A program made the translations under genes and the position numbers. A stretch of 63,975 nt of DNA, the filler included, from Octopus bimaculoides (taxonomy: Eukaryota), in the NCBI RefSeq assembly GCF_001194135.2. It is 5 parts of 5 records of this genome, joined end to end, with 100 filler letters (N's around TTAATTAATTAA, not from the genome) between each part and the next. Parts side by side here need not be neighbours in the genome. Positions count along the whole stretch, not along the records: positions 1 to 25,083 come from NC_068982.1; 4 more parts are not named here. One strand, 5' to 3'. Shown here piece by piece: positions 1-14,676 of this stretch; position 1 is the stretch's first letter; every line of letters starts with the position of its first letter. The notes beneath the pieces were generated by a model. The model was not told the DNA's origin. It saw only the letters and a program-made list of their open reading frames with translations, and did no database searches.

Positions 1-104
1 TATATACATATATATATATATATATGCATATATACACACATATATATATACACACATATATACATATATACATACACACACACATATACACTCCCACACA
101 TACA

Positions 105-144
<40 letters not shown>

Positions 145-472
145 GATCTTGCATAAAACAAACATGAATATATGTGTGTTTATGTGTCCTTATATATAGT
201 CGCACACACATGCGCACCCACACACAGGTTTGGCCAAAGGTCACCTGACAGTGAATCAAAACCATTTAATTCCAAGATTTATTTATGTTTAACAACTGAA
301 TGAATTTCATAAAAGCATCTAAATATCAAACATCATGGAAATTGCTCAAACTGATGTCCTACTTGAGCCAATACATAATATGGAATTTTGAATCACTCTC
401 GAGTACCTGTATATAGATAGATATATGCATATATGTGCGTGTTTATGTAAAGATATATATACTTATATCCAT

Positions 473-560
<88 letters not shown>
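473..560. repeat. (GACA)n(GATA)n microsatellite
   Basis: Read directly. Representative of dozens of TA, CA, CT, GATA, TATG and ATT arrays in the window. Confidence 0.97.
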
Positions 561-561
<1 letters not shown>

Positions 562-1339
562 GTATGCACATATTGTTGTATAAATTATAATGTGCACATT
601 ATCTAAATCCTCGTGTTTCTTGTTGGTAGGAACTTCGGTTGTATGCTATCTTCTTTCATTTTCCTGTTAATAGTAGAATATCATTTTTCTTTTCTGTTAT
701 GACGACTGTATGCCACATAAGTGTGAAATCCAGCAGAGGATCATTTGCCTCAGTAGCACACATCTTATTTCTCTTCGCTACTGGGCTTCATCACGATTAA
801 ACAGCGAGATTTAAAATTTGCGTCTAGCACGAGATAGGATGTTCCAACAGCCATATTGGGTTCTGACTAAAGGTTACCTTACCCATCTACGTTATAAGAA
901 TGGCATAGACTCTTTCTACGAACAATAACTTTAATAAAAACTTAACTGAGGTTTATTATCCATCATTACAGACTCCGTTTCGAATTTGTCATCACTAACT
1001 TGACACACGTGTCTGAATGTGAATTTCCGTAGGAATGTTTTTATAATAATAATAATGACATTATTGTGTATAGTGTTCAGGTGCACTACAAAAAAATGCT
1101 ATTTTATACCCATTATTTCTTGGGTGTATATTAGGCATACATTTTCATGTACATGCCACATTCTACAATGAAGAAAGAGAAATTTATGAACTGTATATCA
1201 ATTAATTGTTGTAGTTAGAGGCAAGGAACTTGAAGAATATGGAACGTGGCATCGATTTTCTATAAACCAAACAAACGTAATTATGGACGACCGGAAAAAT
1301 AATTATGTGTGTATGTGTTTGTAGATATGTACATATGCC

Positions 1340-1376
<37 letters not shown>

Positions 1377-1415
1377 TATATGTACACACAGGCATAGGTG
1401 TATCTACATATGTGA

Positions 1416-1454
<39 letters not shown>

Positions 1455-1808
1455 TGTGTGTATGTGTGTGTGTGTGTGTAATGCGCATATATAATAACAT
1501 ATTTATAGAAAGATCTCACTTTTTTCTATGTAATGCTATTATCCTAAAGATGGTTTACTTCCAGTAAGAATGGCTCATTTCGTAATAAGAAAGTGGAAAT
1601 TAATGAGTAACTTATTAGCTTCATCAGTAAAACATTGGTTCATTAATCAAAGGATGTACGCTTAGATGCCACATACATTTCCCCCTATTGCTTCCTTTCA
1701 ATGTTCTCATTTCCTACGAACTTACGAAATATGTGTGAACGAACGCACAATTACACACACGTACGCTTCATATCTGCTGTGTATCTACATATATATATAT
1801 ATACATAC

Positions 1809-1853
<45 letters not shown>

Positions 1854-2585
1854 CATATGTGAGTGTATGTGTGCTTGTGCGTATTTGTATGCCTGTGTGC
1901 CTATATTTTGCTGTGTATGTATTTAGCAAAAGATGTGTACGCAGATTTCTCGTCATATTTTCTGGCTCTCATGAATCATTTACAAATACATCTTGCTTAA
2001 TGTAGTCTTGTATGCGTTGTACACATTTGTATTTCAGTGTTATTTGAATATCATAAACAGTACATTTTCGTTGTTTCTGGCTGTTACATGAGTTTATGGA
2101 GTGGCTGTAAGGAAAACCATCAGTTAAGTATGGAACTTTATGCGGTCGATAATCATGCAAGAAATAGCGGGTAAATCAACCTTAAATTGAAATATACCCC
2201 AACGAAACAGTAAAGATCTACAAGGCCATGTAGCCCAAAGGATATAAAAGGATATAAAACAAGGATATAAAGGTTATAAAACAAGAAGCATAATCATCGC
2301 AGTAGAAATGCCTTTGAATCGTAAGTCCATCTGGACTTATCTAGAGTTAAATAACATCATCAGCTCCAACAACAGCAATGATATTTTCTAAATTCTCGGA
2401 GAGTGCCAGGTAGTAACGTATGATAGATAGGGGGATAGTTTGGCACGGTACCGCTTCAGTGACAGATATTCTCAGAGGTTGCCAATTTCTTTGTGATTCA
2501 CATACAACATCTGAAGACTAGACTCTCTTCAGAGGAAGCTGAGTAAATAGAATTATGTGTATCGGTGTGTGCATGTCTATATCTA

Positions 2586-2681
<96 letters not shown>

Positions 2682-2860
2682 GGGAGGGGAGGGTACATTA
2701 AATTAAATACAATACTAACAGGCAGTTGTTAATAGCATTAAAGCGTTTATAAAATAGCTAAATTGTAGTGGCAGAGAGACAAACAAAAAGAAAGACAGAC
2801 AGACTGACAGAATGACAGACAGACAGACAGACAGACAGGCAGGCAGATAGATAGATTGAT

Positions 2861-2900
<40 letters not shown>

Positions 2901-3218
2901 CATGAATCGCTGGTGGCAGGAATTTGGCAACTCAAGAGGAGTCCGGCCTTTTGTTTAACCACAAAGTTTATAGATTGAAAAGCAAGTGAAAAATCGAAGT
3001 TACCAGGAACACATGAGCCACAAGTTATATCGGAAGCATCAATTTTACATACATAACGCAAACATATGTTTAACACAAGGCCAAACGCTTTGAAAGAATC
3101 GCTTAAATCAACCCCTGTGTTTAAGTGGTACATAATTCCTCAATTACGAATGAATAAAAAGCAAAGCCAATCATTGGTATTAACACTTGGATCATCTGTA
3201 TGTATGTATATATATATT

Positions 3219-3270
<52 letters not shown>

Positions 3271-3950
3271 CGTGTGTGCGTGCGTGCGTGTGTGTATGTC
3301 TATACAACATAGCAGCGCGCAATAATTTTAGTTAACTCATTTTAAATCCTGTTTTCTGGCATTTTACAAAGTCTTCTACCCACAATGTAAACACCTGAAT
3401 AATGCTATTACCAAATACTCATGCAAATCTTAATAGCTTCACAGAAGATAGGAAGGAAATGGACTATTTCTCTCATTTGAAGTTATATTAATTATTAAAA
3501 AAAACTACAATCAGCGAATTTTTTTTCCTGCGGTCTGAATTTTAAACTTTAACAATACTTGAGAAGTATTGCATGATTTCCTACCCAGCTAGAAGTAGTA
3601 GGAAAACTCCCTCAACGCATTCGACGGTCGAAAAAGAGGAAGTACACATTTGAAATAATAATTCTGTATAAAACAACCAACTTAAAAAAAAAAGACGTAT
3701 AGTTGACAGCGAGAAGGTCACTGATTGTAGATCTACTAGAATTAATCAAAAGTTAAGTAACTTATATGATGGTTTGGACTTACTCATCAAAGGTTTTTTT
3801 TATAGGAGAATTATGATTCCTGAGAGGTCACACACAAATTTCGTTAACATCCACGGCTTTTTGTTTTGTGTTGTTTTGTTTTAAGTTGTACTGTTAAAAA
3901 CCTTCCTTTGAGCGAGTTAAGAATATTTTTTCTTGACTTTTATTTTTTAA

Positions 3951-4110
3951 GGCTGTGAGCTAGCAGAATCGTTAGCACGTCGGGCGAAATGTTTTGCCTT
4001 TCACTATTTTAGGGTAAATAAATTAAAATACTAGTTGAGCGCTGGAGTCGGTGTAATCTACTTACCCCTTCCTCGAAATGCTGGCCTTGTGCCAAAACTT
4101 GAAACCAATA
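3951..4110 (+). mobile_element. SINE family A (internal deletion)
   Basis: GCTAGCAGAATCGTTAGCACG...CTGGCCTTGTGCCAAAACTTGAAA. Confidence 0.8.
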
Positions 4111-7100
4111 TCTATTGCTAACTTACCAAATTTCGTCATATCTATATCCTTTTGAAAATTCATAACATTATCATAACGTTTGATTTAACCATCATAAAAA
4201 TTCTCTCTGTCATAATTGTAATGTCTTGTTATAAGAATCAATTCCGAAATATAATAAAAACGTAACGAAATGCATAAGAAAAAGCACGTACAAATAAATT
4301 TTCTGAACTTGGGAGACAGGAACAGTGTATTAGAGAGAAAGTCGGAGATAGAAAGATGTCCTGAGAGGAGAGAAACAATGTGTGTTTATGTGTTGATTTT
4401 AACTAACAACGAAATAAATATTTAAGCTTTGTTTATGTTGTCCTGACTCATCGAAATATGACTACTCGGCAATCTTTCGAGCGTATTCTATCCTCTTGAA
4501 TCATGCAAATTTTATGATAAATAAACTAAATATTGCTGTTAAATTTAAGTAGCCAAGTCAATTTAAATCCATAGCAACATGAACATTAATAATAATATAT
4601 TATTACAGTAGAAATTTTATGAGATAGACATTCGAGAGTGATCCTAGGATTGAACTCTGTCAATCAAAACTATGTTTAATAACGTAGTCTGTTGAGTGAA
4701 GATCTTTGCCCTCAAGAGAGAAACGAAATTGAAAAGCACTCAATATATAAAAAAAATAATTCAGTGAACTGGAAAACATGGGAGTAAACTTAAGATTTTA
4801 ATACTTGTCTCAAGTTTTCTGTTTGGAAGGGGTCTATGCACTCATATACAACTATCAGTGGACCATGATTTGTGGTTTAGTCTCTTTATCCCTTTTTTTA
4901 TTCATCATTCCATACATGTATCAGTTTTTTTCTGTTTATCCATATTCACATCTCTCTATCAATCTACACTGTCATTCATTCGTTTATTTATGTATTTACG
5001 CCTGCCCGCCCACCTGAGACTATATGAATATGGTTGTGCTCATTAAATTTCTGTTAAATTCAGATCAACTAAATGATACTTTAATGTTCTTTTTTTTTAA
5101 TAACCTACAGCCCAGAGGAAGACAAGCCTCTTGATGCTCATGAGTTTAACGTGGTTTATATTTGTTTTGAACGTTTACGTTTTGAGGACTGAAAGACATG
5201 CGAACTAGAATAGAATTCCAGACGTTTGCCATTCTGAAAAGAGAATATTGAGAACATTTATCAGTGCAACTTGTGTAAGCGTGGCACAATTGGTATGAAA
5301 ATGAAATGAGAGATAAAAATCATTGATTAAGCTTTACTGGAAACAATTTGCTGCTCTCTAGAGAGACTGTAGTAGATGATAGAGGAAATAGATTTCTTCT
5401 CTTAGATGCAATTTTGATATTGTTGTGCAGGTGAGGTTTCATTTCAAAATCATTAGAGATAGTGAGTCATAGCATTATTTTGAAGATCGTATTCGAGTTT
5501 TTTTTAGTTTTTTTATGTGTGTGTGAAGCATGTAGTACAAAATTGTAGTGATATGTAGTGTTCTTTTGTCTTGTTATTTAAGAAACCTAGATTCATAACT
5601 TCCAAATTGAGTTGTTTTTATTTCTTTATTTGGTGTAAGACTGAAATGATATAACTGTATCACGGAAGTTTGGAGGACCTCGGACGGTAATATAATACGC
5701 AGAGGAATGTGTCTTGTTACAGGTTGCAAAGTATAGGGTATTATTTACTAAATGAATAATGGCAAGCAAAATCGAAATCTCACGGATACTATCGGAGATA
5801 GAACATGTTTCGTGGAAACCCCATAAACACACACTACTATGGAGTGTTTACAAGACAGTTGAAAGATTGCTGGAGCATTATAAACAATTTCATAGTAGCT
5901 AAGAATTTATCGTGCCAGTCATAGTTGAAGGCTTTACTCAGGTCAAGAAGAACAACATTACTTTCACTACTCATAGTGAAACTAGGAATCATTTATTTAA
6001 GCAGATTGCAGCTATAATGGAATGGAACCCACCCCATTAATCAGTTCTTTAGTTCAACGAGTCCTTCCGAACTACATACGTGATAATGCACCTACTTCTA
6101 TTGTCCCTACACATATATGTACTGCATTTTTGACGGGTAACTCTATATTTTTTTATATTTTCCACAGTAATATAAACAAAGGTGTGTTTATTAACATCAG
6201 ATATACACGTGTCTAATTGATCGACTCTATTATTAGAGTTTTTGTTTTCTTAATTTTTATTTTCTTAATGTTGTATAACACTATTGAAAAATGAAGTATA
6301 AAAATTAACAGTAGAAACCTTCCAACGTTTCAGTATATATATATGTATATCGGCTTGTAGATATTATTGATCGCATGTTTTATTAACGTTCCCTTTATTT
6401 ACATAAAATACCCATATTTATTTAACTTCATTATGAAAAGAATTTTAATACTTTGTCTAATTTTCGTCAGCAATTAACTTCATTGACTTGGCAATGACTA
6501 AACGTTTAAACAACTCAATATGGAAAGATCAATGCAATTTCGTATTCATGGGACTAATTAAATATCACAATTGAATCACGCAATCACATTGCGTGGGATG
6601 CCTTTTTGCAAACCTACATTGCTTTTATAGTTGTTTAAATAGCAGTGGGACATAAATTGCTGCACACTGATAGTTTTCTACAATGAACTTTATCATATTC
6701 TTTATTGTTTATACATTTACACATACATTCATACATGCACGCACGCGCATACATGCACACACACACACACATGTATGCATACACTGAGTCGGTTTCTTAT
6801 GTGCATATGTTATGCGTGTCAATGAGTATATGCGTGCGTATATATATATATATAGATGTAATGAGATAGATATACTAGCAAACTTAGACGTCAGCTATGT
6901 TGACAACAAATTAATCTCAAAACAGCAATATAGGCAATTATGTAGGCTGTTGATACGACACATGGTGGTTATATTATATTATTTATTATTGTATTTTATT
7001 TTATTTCATTTATCTGTTTATTTTGTTTTCCTTCTTTGTTTTGGTTTTTATTCATTGTTAAATGAGAACTCATTTCAAGTCGGAAAGTCTCTGACAAGAA

Positions 7101-7810
7101 GCTATCAGTTTTACAAAAATTCTAAACAGCTCGTAGTTATGTAGTTCATTCCTTTTACTTGTAACTAATAAGTATCACAATAAGGTTTACTCTAGTCTAC
7201 GTTGTCACTGGTTAAGGTACTGGAATAAAAGTAAAATTAGAGTATTGTTAGTACCGAGTAATGTGCTCTATCAAAAGACAGAGCTGCTACAGCTAGATAA
7301 TATACTCTAAAAGTATTGTTACTGTTCGCTAATGTAATGTATTCTATTCACGATAAAGATGTTGTCAAATGCAACTGCACTCTGATAAAGAATATAGTAT
7401 TGTATGATTGGTTTATGTATTCTTACCAATGTTAATAGTATTGTTCTCGTTGGTTAATGTACTTTACCAGAGAAAATAATACTCATGTCACTGATTAAAA
7501 TATTCTTAGGAAGATAACTCAGGCTGATAGTTTAATATTGCACGTTTACTGTAATAAACTGTAATGTTGGCATATATCATCATAATTTATTTCGTAGATA
7601 CACAGAGAATTGATAGACTTCAGTGCATCAATAGTATTCATTTTATAAATGTTTGTGTAAAGAAAAGCGAAATAAAATACCTGAGATGTGATTACAAATC
7701 TTAGGGACAAAATACAACATAGTTATGTTATGTTATAAGGAATCTTGTCTAGTAATCACTTTGTCTCTAACTTCATCTCTGTCTGTCATTCCCCCTCTTT
7801 CCTTCTCCCC

Positions 7811-7930
<120 letters not shown>

Positions 7931-9296
7931 ATCTAATTCTCTCTGTGTGATTAGTGCCTTAATAATGATGATAAGAATTTTCACCAAAATAAGTATCTGT
8001 AGAGAAACCTATACCTTTGAAAGACTTTACAACATACGTTCATTTGTGTACGATTAGGAAGTCAGACAGTGGAAAAAAGGCAGTTAACACACAGTAACAA
8101 TTAAAAGGTCATGTAAACTGCATAAAACCACATAACCTAATATTTCAATAATTTTCGAACAAAGAAAAGTTTTATATCAGGTTGGTTTCTATCAACTTTC
8201 CAAACATTTTTTATGATGTATAGGAAAACGTGAAATATGTAGTGAATGAAGCGAGCGAAAAACACTTTGGTTAATCGAAGTTACACTCATAGTAACTATC
8301 TTTTAGACAAACAAAATATTTAGGTTAATGTTCCGTAGTGGGGAGTAATCCTGATCTTTACTATTTGGTATGGTGGCAACTCTGGGTGTGTTTCAGTCAT
8401 ATATAACCTTTGTTAGTATAGCATGACTAGGTGGGCGATGAAAATATTCCAACTATAGTAAACGTTCGATTGAGCACCGTAATATACAACTTACACAGGT
8501 GAATGTATAGTACATAATGGAACAAAGTTGGTAGATATGTATCTTTTGATACAAGATGAGTAACGGACACTCTATCCTCTATATACTCGCTCTCAACATA
8601 TTACAGAACATCACAGAAGAGTCAGATACTAGTTTTGTTGCGGTGGTTAGGCCTGATCGAGTAAACCTATAATCAAATGCGTTCCACTATTGAACCTCCG
8701 CTTCTGTATTAGAATTACCTACGACCAAATCAACCAAATGTGTCATTCATTTTAAAATCAGTATGGTCTGACTTGAGGGCTGTTTGTCTTACATTTCTAT
8801 AAAATCGTGAGTCTATGAAATGAATCTCTCCTTTGCTTAACAATCAGATATTTATGATACTGACACAACACTAATATCTTTCACCAAACGTAAACCATTC
8901 ATGTTATACCAATTCGTGTCATCTTTTGTAAAAGGAAAACATTGAAGTTAATCATAACAGTCTCAGCTGAATCTCTCTGTAGATACGATCATTAATCAAG
9001 AGGCTCTCTATAAAAAAGGCCAGAGGGGAAAGACAAAACTGGAAATAAAAATAATTATTATTACTATAGTTATCATCATTTTGATAACACATCTATTCAT
9101 TCTTAATACGTTCCGGTAGATTTCAACGCGAATGGTTTGATAGTTGCTGTTTTTCGTCAACAAGGAATACCACTTCTCTGTACAATTCACCGGTGTAAAG
9201 GAATTTCAAGATACTGCGTTATTTCGAACTCGTTACGTATCTGCATGACAGACATTAGCACATATCAGCATATTATTTATTTGCCGATTCCTATAG

Positions 9297-9386
9297 GCAA
9301 GAGCTCGTGCTCTTCTTACATCATTGGTTCGGTGGTGTAGACGACGAGGTCGAAACTCTGCGATGTCTCTAAGTTCCCTCACACAG
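9297..9386 (+). CDS. Candidate 90-nt symmetric exon
   Basis: Acceptor TTTATTTGCCGATTCCTATAG| and donor ACAG|GTGAAT. Frame 0 is open: ARARALLTSLVRWCRRRGRNSAMSLSSLTQ. Confidence 0.2.
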
Positions 9387-9391
9387 GTGAA

Positions 9392-9481
9392 TCTCGAAGG
9401 CTACACAGACTTCTCGAAGGCTACACAGACTTCTCGATGGCTACACAGATTTCTCGAAGGCTACACAGACTTCTCGAAGGC
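9392..9481 (+). repeat. 20-bp minisatellite, 4.5 copies
   Basis: Unit TCTCGAAGGCTACACAGACT, head-to-tail with no spacers and two substitutions. Confidence 0.95.
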
Positions 9482-11222
9482 CCTGAAACATGTTCAAGAT
9501 GTTGCCCTTCCTCCTTTGTACCATAAAAATAACTGAAAGACGGTAAATGTTGCCGTAAAGCCAATAACGCATACTTTTCAGAAAACAAAAAGAAAACAAT
9601 GTCATTAAATAAAGAAATTAAAACTAATTAGGTTAATTAGCTAAAAACAATTACATATTGACAGGATGTTACTTAAAACTTGGCGACGGCATGGATTGAT
9701 GATTCTATAACGTTGTCTCTATTCTATGATATCGTATATGTAAATATTTATATATTTTAAAGAGATTGCAGTAAAATCGGGTCGATCGTTCTTTCATATC
9801 ATCTAGTAGAATACTAGACCAGTAAATGTCATACAAAGCGGTTGTGCAATAATTTCAATCAAATTCTTCAGTCATAAATTTATATTATCGACTTGAGGAA
9901 GACGAATACTACAGTCAGCAATAGCAAACTTCAAAGTCGAAATTTTGAGTAAACTCTTATGAAGTATCCTTTGGATTAATTAATTTGATTTTCTACTTAT
10001 AATCTATCATATCAAGTTTTCTCAATTTTAAAATAAAATTATCCTATCTCTGATAGGATAATTCATCAGAGATGAAGTCTACATGATCAATGTTTTGATG
10101 AGTTTAATGTCGGAATATATAAATAACCGAAATTATTTTATCTTATTTCACACGTATGATGTCTGTGCAAAATTATCTTATCAATATCCGGGAATCTGAC
10201 ACCGATAATTATTCAGATTGGCATGAAAGGTGTATTATGAGAAGTCTTAGTTATGCTACGTCCACCTGTGTACGATTAATAAGTCTGATAGTGAGAAAAT
10301 GACGACTGATAAATGTTAAAAATTAAAAGGTACTTGGATTTTAATGAATACGATAGTCATAACAAGTGTACTGTTTCATCAATATATTTTTTAAGCAAAG
10401 ATATTTAATGTTCTACTGATTATATCCGAGCAGTTAATCACCAGGTGAACAGTAGATGGTATATCATCATTTACATTTCTAATAGTGGCAATCGTATCTT
10501 TGTAATGATATGAATACAGTAATTTAAAGGGCTAATCTGGAAGCATTATTATATTTTCCAGCCATTCGTGTAGAAAAAATTTCAAGTATAATAAATATAA
10601 AATAACTAAAAGTCTCAAATAATATATGCACTAATAATTTCAAAGAAATAGTTATTTTGCTTGCGTTGTTTCACTGAGCAAATTCTAATAACGTGTGATA
10701 TATTATAAACAGGGTAATAAATTATCGCAACTGAAATTTCATATCTAATGAACAACCTGCTTACCAGTGGCAGTCAACTTGTTGATACTAGGTTATATTT
10801 TTGTATTATTTTTAAGTACTGAATTATTTCAAATCACTATTCATTTCTATATCGCGGCAAAATATGTCACCAGACTTTAAAGATTTAACATTTGTGAATG
10901 TGAAATCTGTATTGTTTTTTGCCGAAAATTATTTTTTTCGTTTCAATTTATAATCCGGTTATGCGTAAATGAGAAAAAAAATTTCTTGGACAAAATGTAA
11001 TCTTAAAACATAAAAAGCAAAATGTAAAATGATACTAACAAAAAATAGAAAAAGAAAAATATTTACAAACTTCTGGTTGGATGAAAAGATATAATTTAAA
11101 CGAGATATACAATAATATAAAATAACGAAAATATTTTGAATGAATCATAAAAAGAAACAGCTATAAATGGAGAAAAAACAATGAAGCAAAGTAATTGTCT
11201 GTGAATGTGCTTATTGTTTTAC

Positions 11223-11329
11223 CTGAGCATTTAATCTTTGTGGACACCAGGTATTACAGAGGACTAAATTGTCTGACTCGGGATTTCCAACAAAGTCTAT
11301 ATAATCTGTCTTTGGTAGATTATTATAGT
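11223..11329 (-). CDS. Candidate internal coding exon (phase 1 to 0)
   Basis: Acceptor TATTTTATGTGATTCCTGTCGCAG| and donor CTCAG|GTAAAA. Peptide YNNLPKTDYIDFVGNPESDNLVLCNTWCPQRLNAQ lies inside a 96-codon non-repetitive ORF. No homolog recognised. Confidence 0.22.
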
Positions 11330-12808
11330 CTGCGACAGGAATCACATAAAATAGGGTATTAGACTTCATAATGTCTGTATAGGTTGGCTTTAATATATTA
11401 CATAATGTTTTACGTAAATGAGATATTGGAAAGGAAAAAAATATGATAGATTCAGTATCTTTTAACAAAAATGTGATGTATCCCATTGTGGATTTCAACA
11501 CAATACAGCAATATATTTCTATCAGAACGATTATATTTTTCCATGCATCTATTGAGCTCTAGAAAATTAGACTGTTTTTTTTTTGTTTTTTTGTTTTTTT
11601 GTATATTAAAATTACGAAATTTATATATCTTATTTGTGTTCATATAGGCAGTAGAATGGAGATGCTGAGACATTTTGTATTGCTTCAAAACATTTGTAGA
11701 ACTAAGTTAATTTATGATACAGCTACCTGATTCTGTGAATTGTAGGTTTAAAATTATACTGTGCGGTGGATAGTTCTCGATTCTCATAACTAGTTCTATT
11801 GGATCCAGACATACACTTTTGTTTACAGAAACGACTTAATGCAGCTAATGACAGCTCAGTGTTTTTACATTTTGTAGTCTGCCTAAAGTCTTGAGATAAC
11901 AACGTGTCTAGGCTTGTAACTCACAAGTATTTGTAATCAAATATATGTAAACATTTAAAATTTCAAAATTTAAGCATCTGAAGTTTCTCATGAAACAAGA
12001 TGCGAAAATATATCGTTTAGTGATCAATTTTTTTCCGTAAGAATATCTATAAAAAACTTTAAAGCAATTGCGTGATTAAAGTTGCATTGTGAAATATTAA
12101 ATGATATATTACGAAGGATGGCATATATTTAAGAGATGAGACCTACTTTTGAAATATTCATTTGAATTTAAGTAAATTTTCAGCTTGCATATCCAGCAAC
12201 ATTTTTCAATATTATCTTAGCTACTAATATATTGATTTCCTCCATAAACATACAGATTTGTTACATAAGAGTAAGGGTATACATTTGCGAGAAGCGACAG
12301 CGATAACATCAACCTTATATTTGATTGTTATTATATTTTATCAAACCGGAAAAATGAAAATAAAGTAGATCTCCGTTGGATTTAAACTCAGAACATAAAG
12401 TGGTAAAGTAATACTGCAAGTTATTTGGCCGACACTTTTATATTTCTTTAGATAATCAACAATGTACAATTTCCAAAAAGTAAAGAAAAATAAACGTTCT
12501 GCTACATTTTCATGTGAGCTAACTTTATAAACTTTGAAGAATAAATCCGCCAAGGATTATAAAGTTAAACTTTTTTATCAGTAAAATGTTTCTCTCTAAG
12601 ATTATTAATCATTATAGTCATTATCATGTATATTCACATTTACTAACGAAAATCATAAAAACTTCAATACCTCTTAATAATTTTCTCTGTTTCACTTAAC
12701 ATAATGCGGCACATTATTTATCGATCGGTGCGATATTATTGAACGAGATAGCAGCAAAAAATAATCATAGTAATAATAAAAATAGTAGCAATAATTTTTT
12801 TTTTAATT

Positions 12809-13570
12809 TTGGCACAAGGGAGGGGGTACGTCGATTGCATTGGCTCCCGTACTTTACTGTTCCTTTAACCTGTTGGCAACGGGGGGATCAAAGTCAAAGC
12901 TGACATCGGGGCATCTGAACTCATAAGAAGTTTCAAATTTTGGCACAAGAGTAGCAATTTTAGGAGTAGAGGTTAGTCGATTACATCGACTGCAATACTT
13001 CATTTGTACTTTAATTTGGCGACCCGGTAAGGAGGAAAGATAATGATAACCTTGGTAGAACTGGAATTCAGGCTATAAAGAGCTAGTAAAAATGTACGTA
13101 CGCATTTTGCCTGTCAGGCTACTGTTCAGCCCGTACGCCATAATAGTAAAAAAAAAAAAAAAAAACCATAATAATAATAATATCGTGAAGTATACTTGTT
13201 TCCACTTTTTTATACCTCGCTCAGAGATTTATTATAATAATAATACTTTCTACTCGATTTTGGAGAGGAGATTGTCACTTACATTGAATCCAGTGCTCAA
13301 CTGATACCAATTTTATCGATCCCGAAAGGATGAAAGGCAAAGTCGGCCTTAGCGGAATAATAATATCAATGAAATAATAATATTAATGGTTAGCAAGTTC
13401 GAGGAAGGGATTAAGTCGATTACATCAACCCCAGTGCCCAAACTGGTACTTATTTTATCGACCCCGAAATAATGATCGTCAACCTCGGCGAAATTTAAAC
13501 TTAGAACGAAAAGACATACGAAATGCCGCTAAGCATTTTGCCTGGCGTGCTAACGATTCGGCCAGATATC
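12809..13570 (-). mobile_element. Cluster of about four decayed family A SINE copies
   Basis: Reverse-complement matches at about 12809-12920, 12931-13140, 13255-13357 and 13390-13570. Confidence 0.75.
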
Positions 13571-13597
13571 CACTCTCTGAATGATAATTATTATAAT

Positions 13598-13975
13598 AAC
13601 AAGAGCACTCGGAGAGCGCAAATCTCCGCCAAGACAACACCAAAGTCCTCTCAACGATTAGCTAGGGATGATTGTTAAAATGAGAATATCTGAAATAAAC
13701 TCGATTGCTGTTAGAAACCAGAATAATAAAAACGATCCCGACCGCTCTCAAAAACAAAAACAAAAGAAAAAAACGGAACAATAATGCAGAATCCTTGTGC
13801 GGTACTGGATCGATCCCTAAATCTAATCTGTTCGTGCCAGTCACGAGACCAATCATCCCCGAAAGTCTCATCCGAATCCATCCAGCAGTTCTTGAGATAT
13901 CTTGTCCACGGACAAACAAACAAACACGACTGAAAACAATACATCCGTCTTAGCGAAGGCGAAGGAAATAATAAT
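13598..13975 (-). mobile_element. Non-autonomous Helentron-associated (HINE/DINE-1-like) element
   Basis: Sub-terminal inverted repeats CTTCGCTAAG / CTTGGCGGAG (8/10), internal (TTTG)n, 3' hairpin GCGCTC-TCC-GAGTGC, and ends in T-rich sequence. Confidence 0.7.
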
Positions 13976-13989
13976 AAGAAGATCATGGA

Positions 13990-14440
13990 AAGTAAAGTGA
14001 GGAAATTGCTTTTGGTTCAAGGGTTTCATGAATTTATATCCTAAACTACAAAAAATCCTGTAAGGCTGTGTAAAGGATCACGAGGAACAATGGATGGAGT
14101 TGCTGATTGATGAAGCAATTCTGAGAAACTTTCAACGGTTGACAAGCCTACCAATGGCTTGGATTGACAATAAGAAGGTATGTGATATGGTTCCTCACTC
14201 GTGGATTCTAAAATGTCTAGAGATGGTCGGGCAGCTAAAATTATGATTTATTTATTCAAAAACAGTATGTGAGACTGGAAGACAGTTTTCATAGGAATTG
14301 GAAGAGAAATTGGACAGTCAACATCAAGTGGGTGCTTTTTGAAGGAGACACTGCGTCATGCCTGCTGTCTACTGTTTGCATGTTACTGCCCTCCATGGTA
14401 TTGAGTAAGATAGAAGCTGGTTACATACTGCAAGAAAGCA
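13990..14440 (+). mobile_element. R4/Dong-type reverse transcriptase fragment
   Basis: LLIDEAILRNFQRLTSLPMAWIDNKKVCDMVPHSWILKCLEMVG and TVNIKWVLFEGDTASCLL, decayed forms of WIDYKKAYDMVPHSWI and GIFQGDSLSPLLF. Confidence 0.85.
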
Positions 14441-14676
14441 AGCATGTTGTTTTTGTCATAAGCACTTCTGCGTCAGCTATCAATGAATAAGACTGTCTCA
14501 GGGTTCGAAAAATAAATATCATCACCAACCTTGAAAAAAATAAAGGAAAATGTTAATTACAAAAATAACTCACACACATCAATTGAAGCCACAGAAAATT
14601 ACAAAAATAAACTTAATTATAAATTATACTGCGTTTATTTTATCAGCTTGACATAACTTATAGTAACATTATTTAA

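Noticed and set aside
9392-9481. Possible CRISPR-like array
   Set aside because: The units are directly adjacent with no spacers, there are no cas genes, and the context is eukaryotic.
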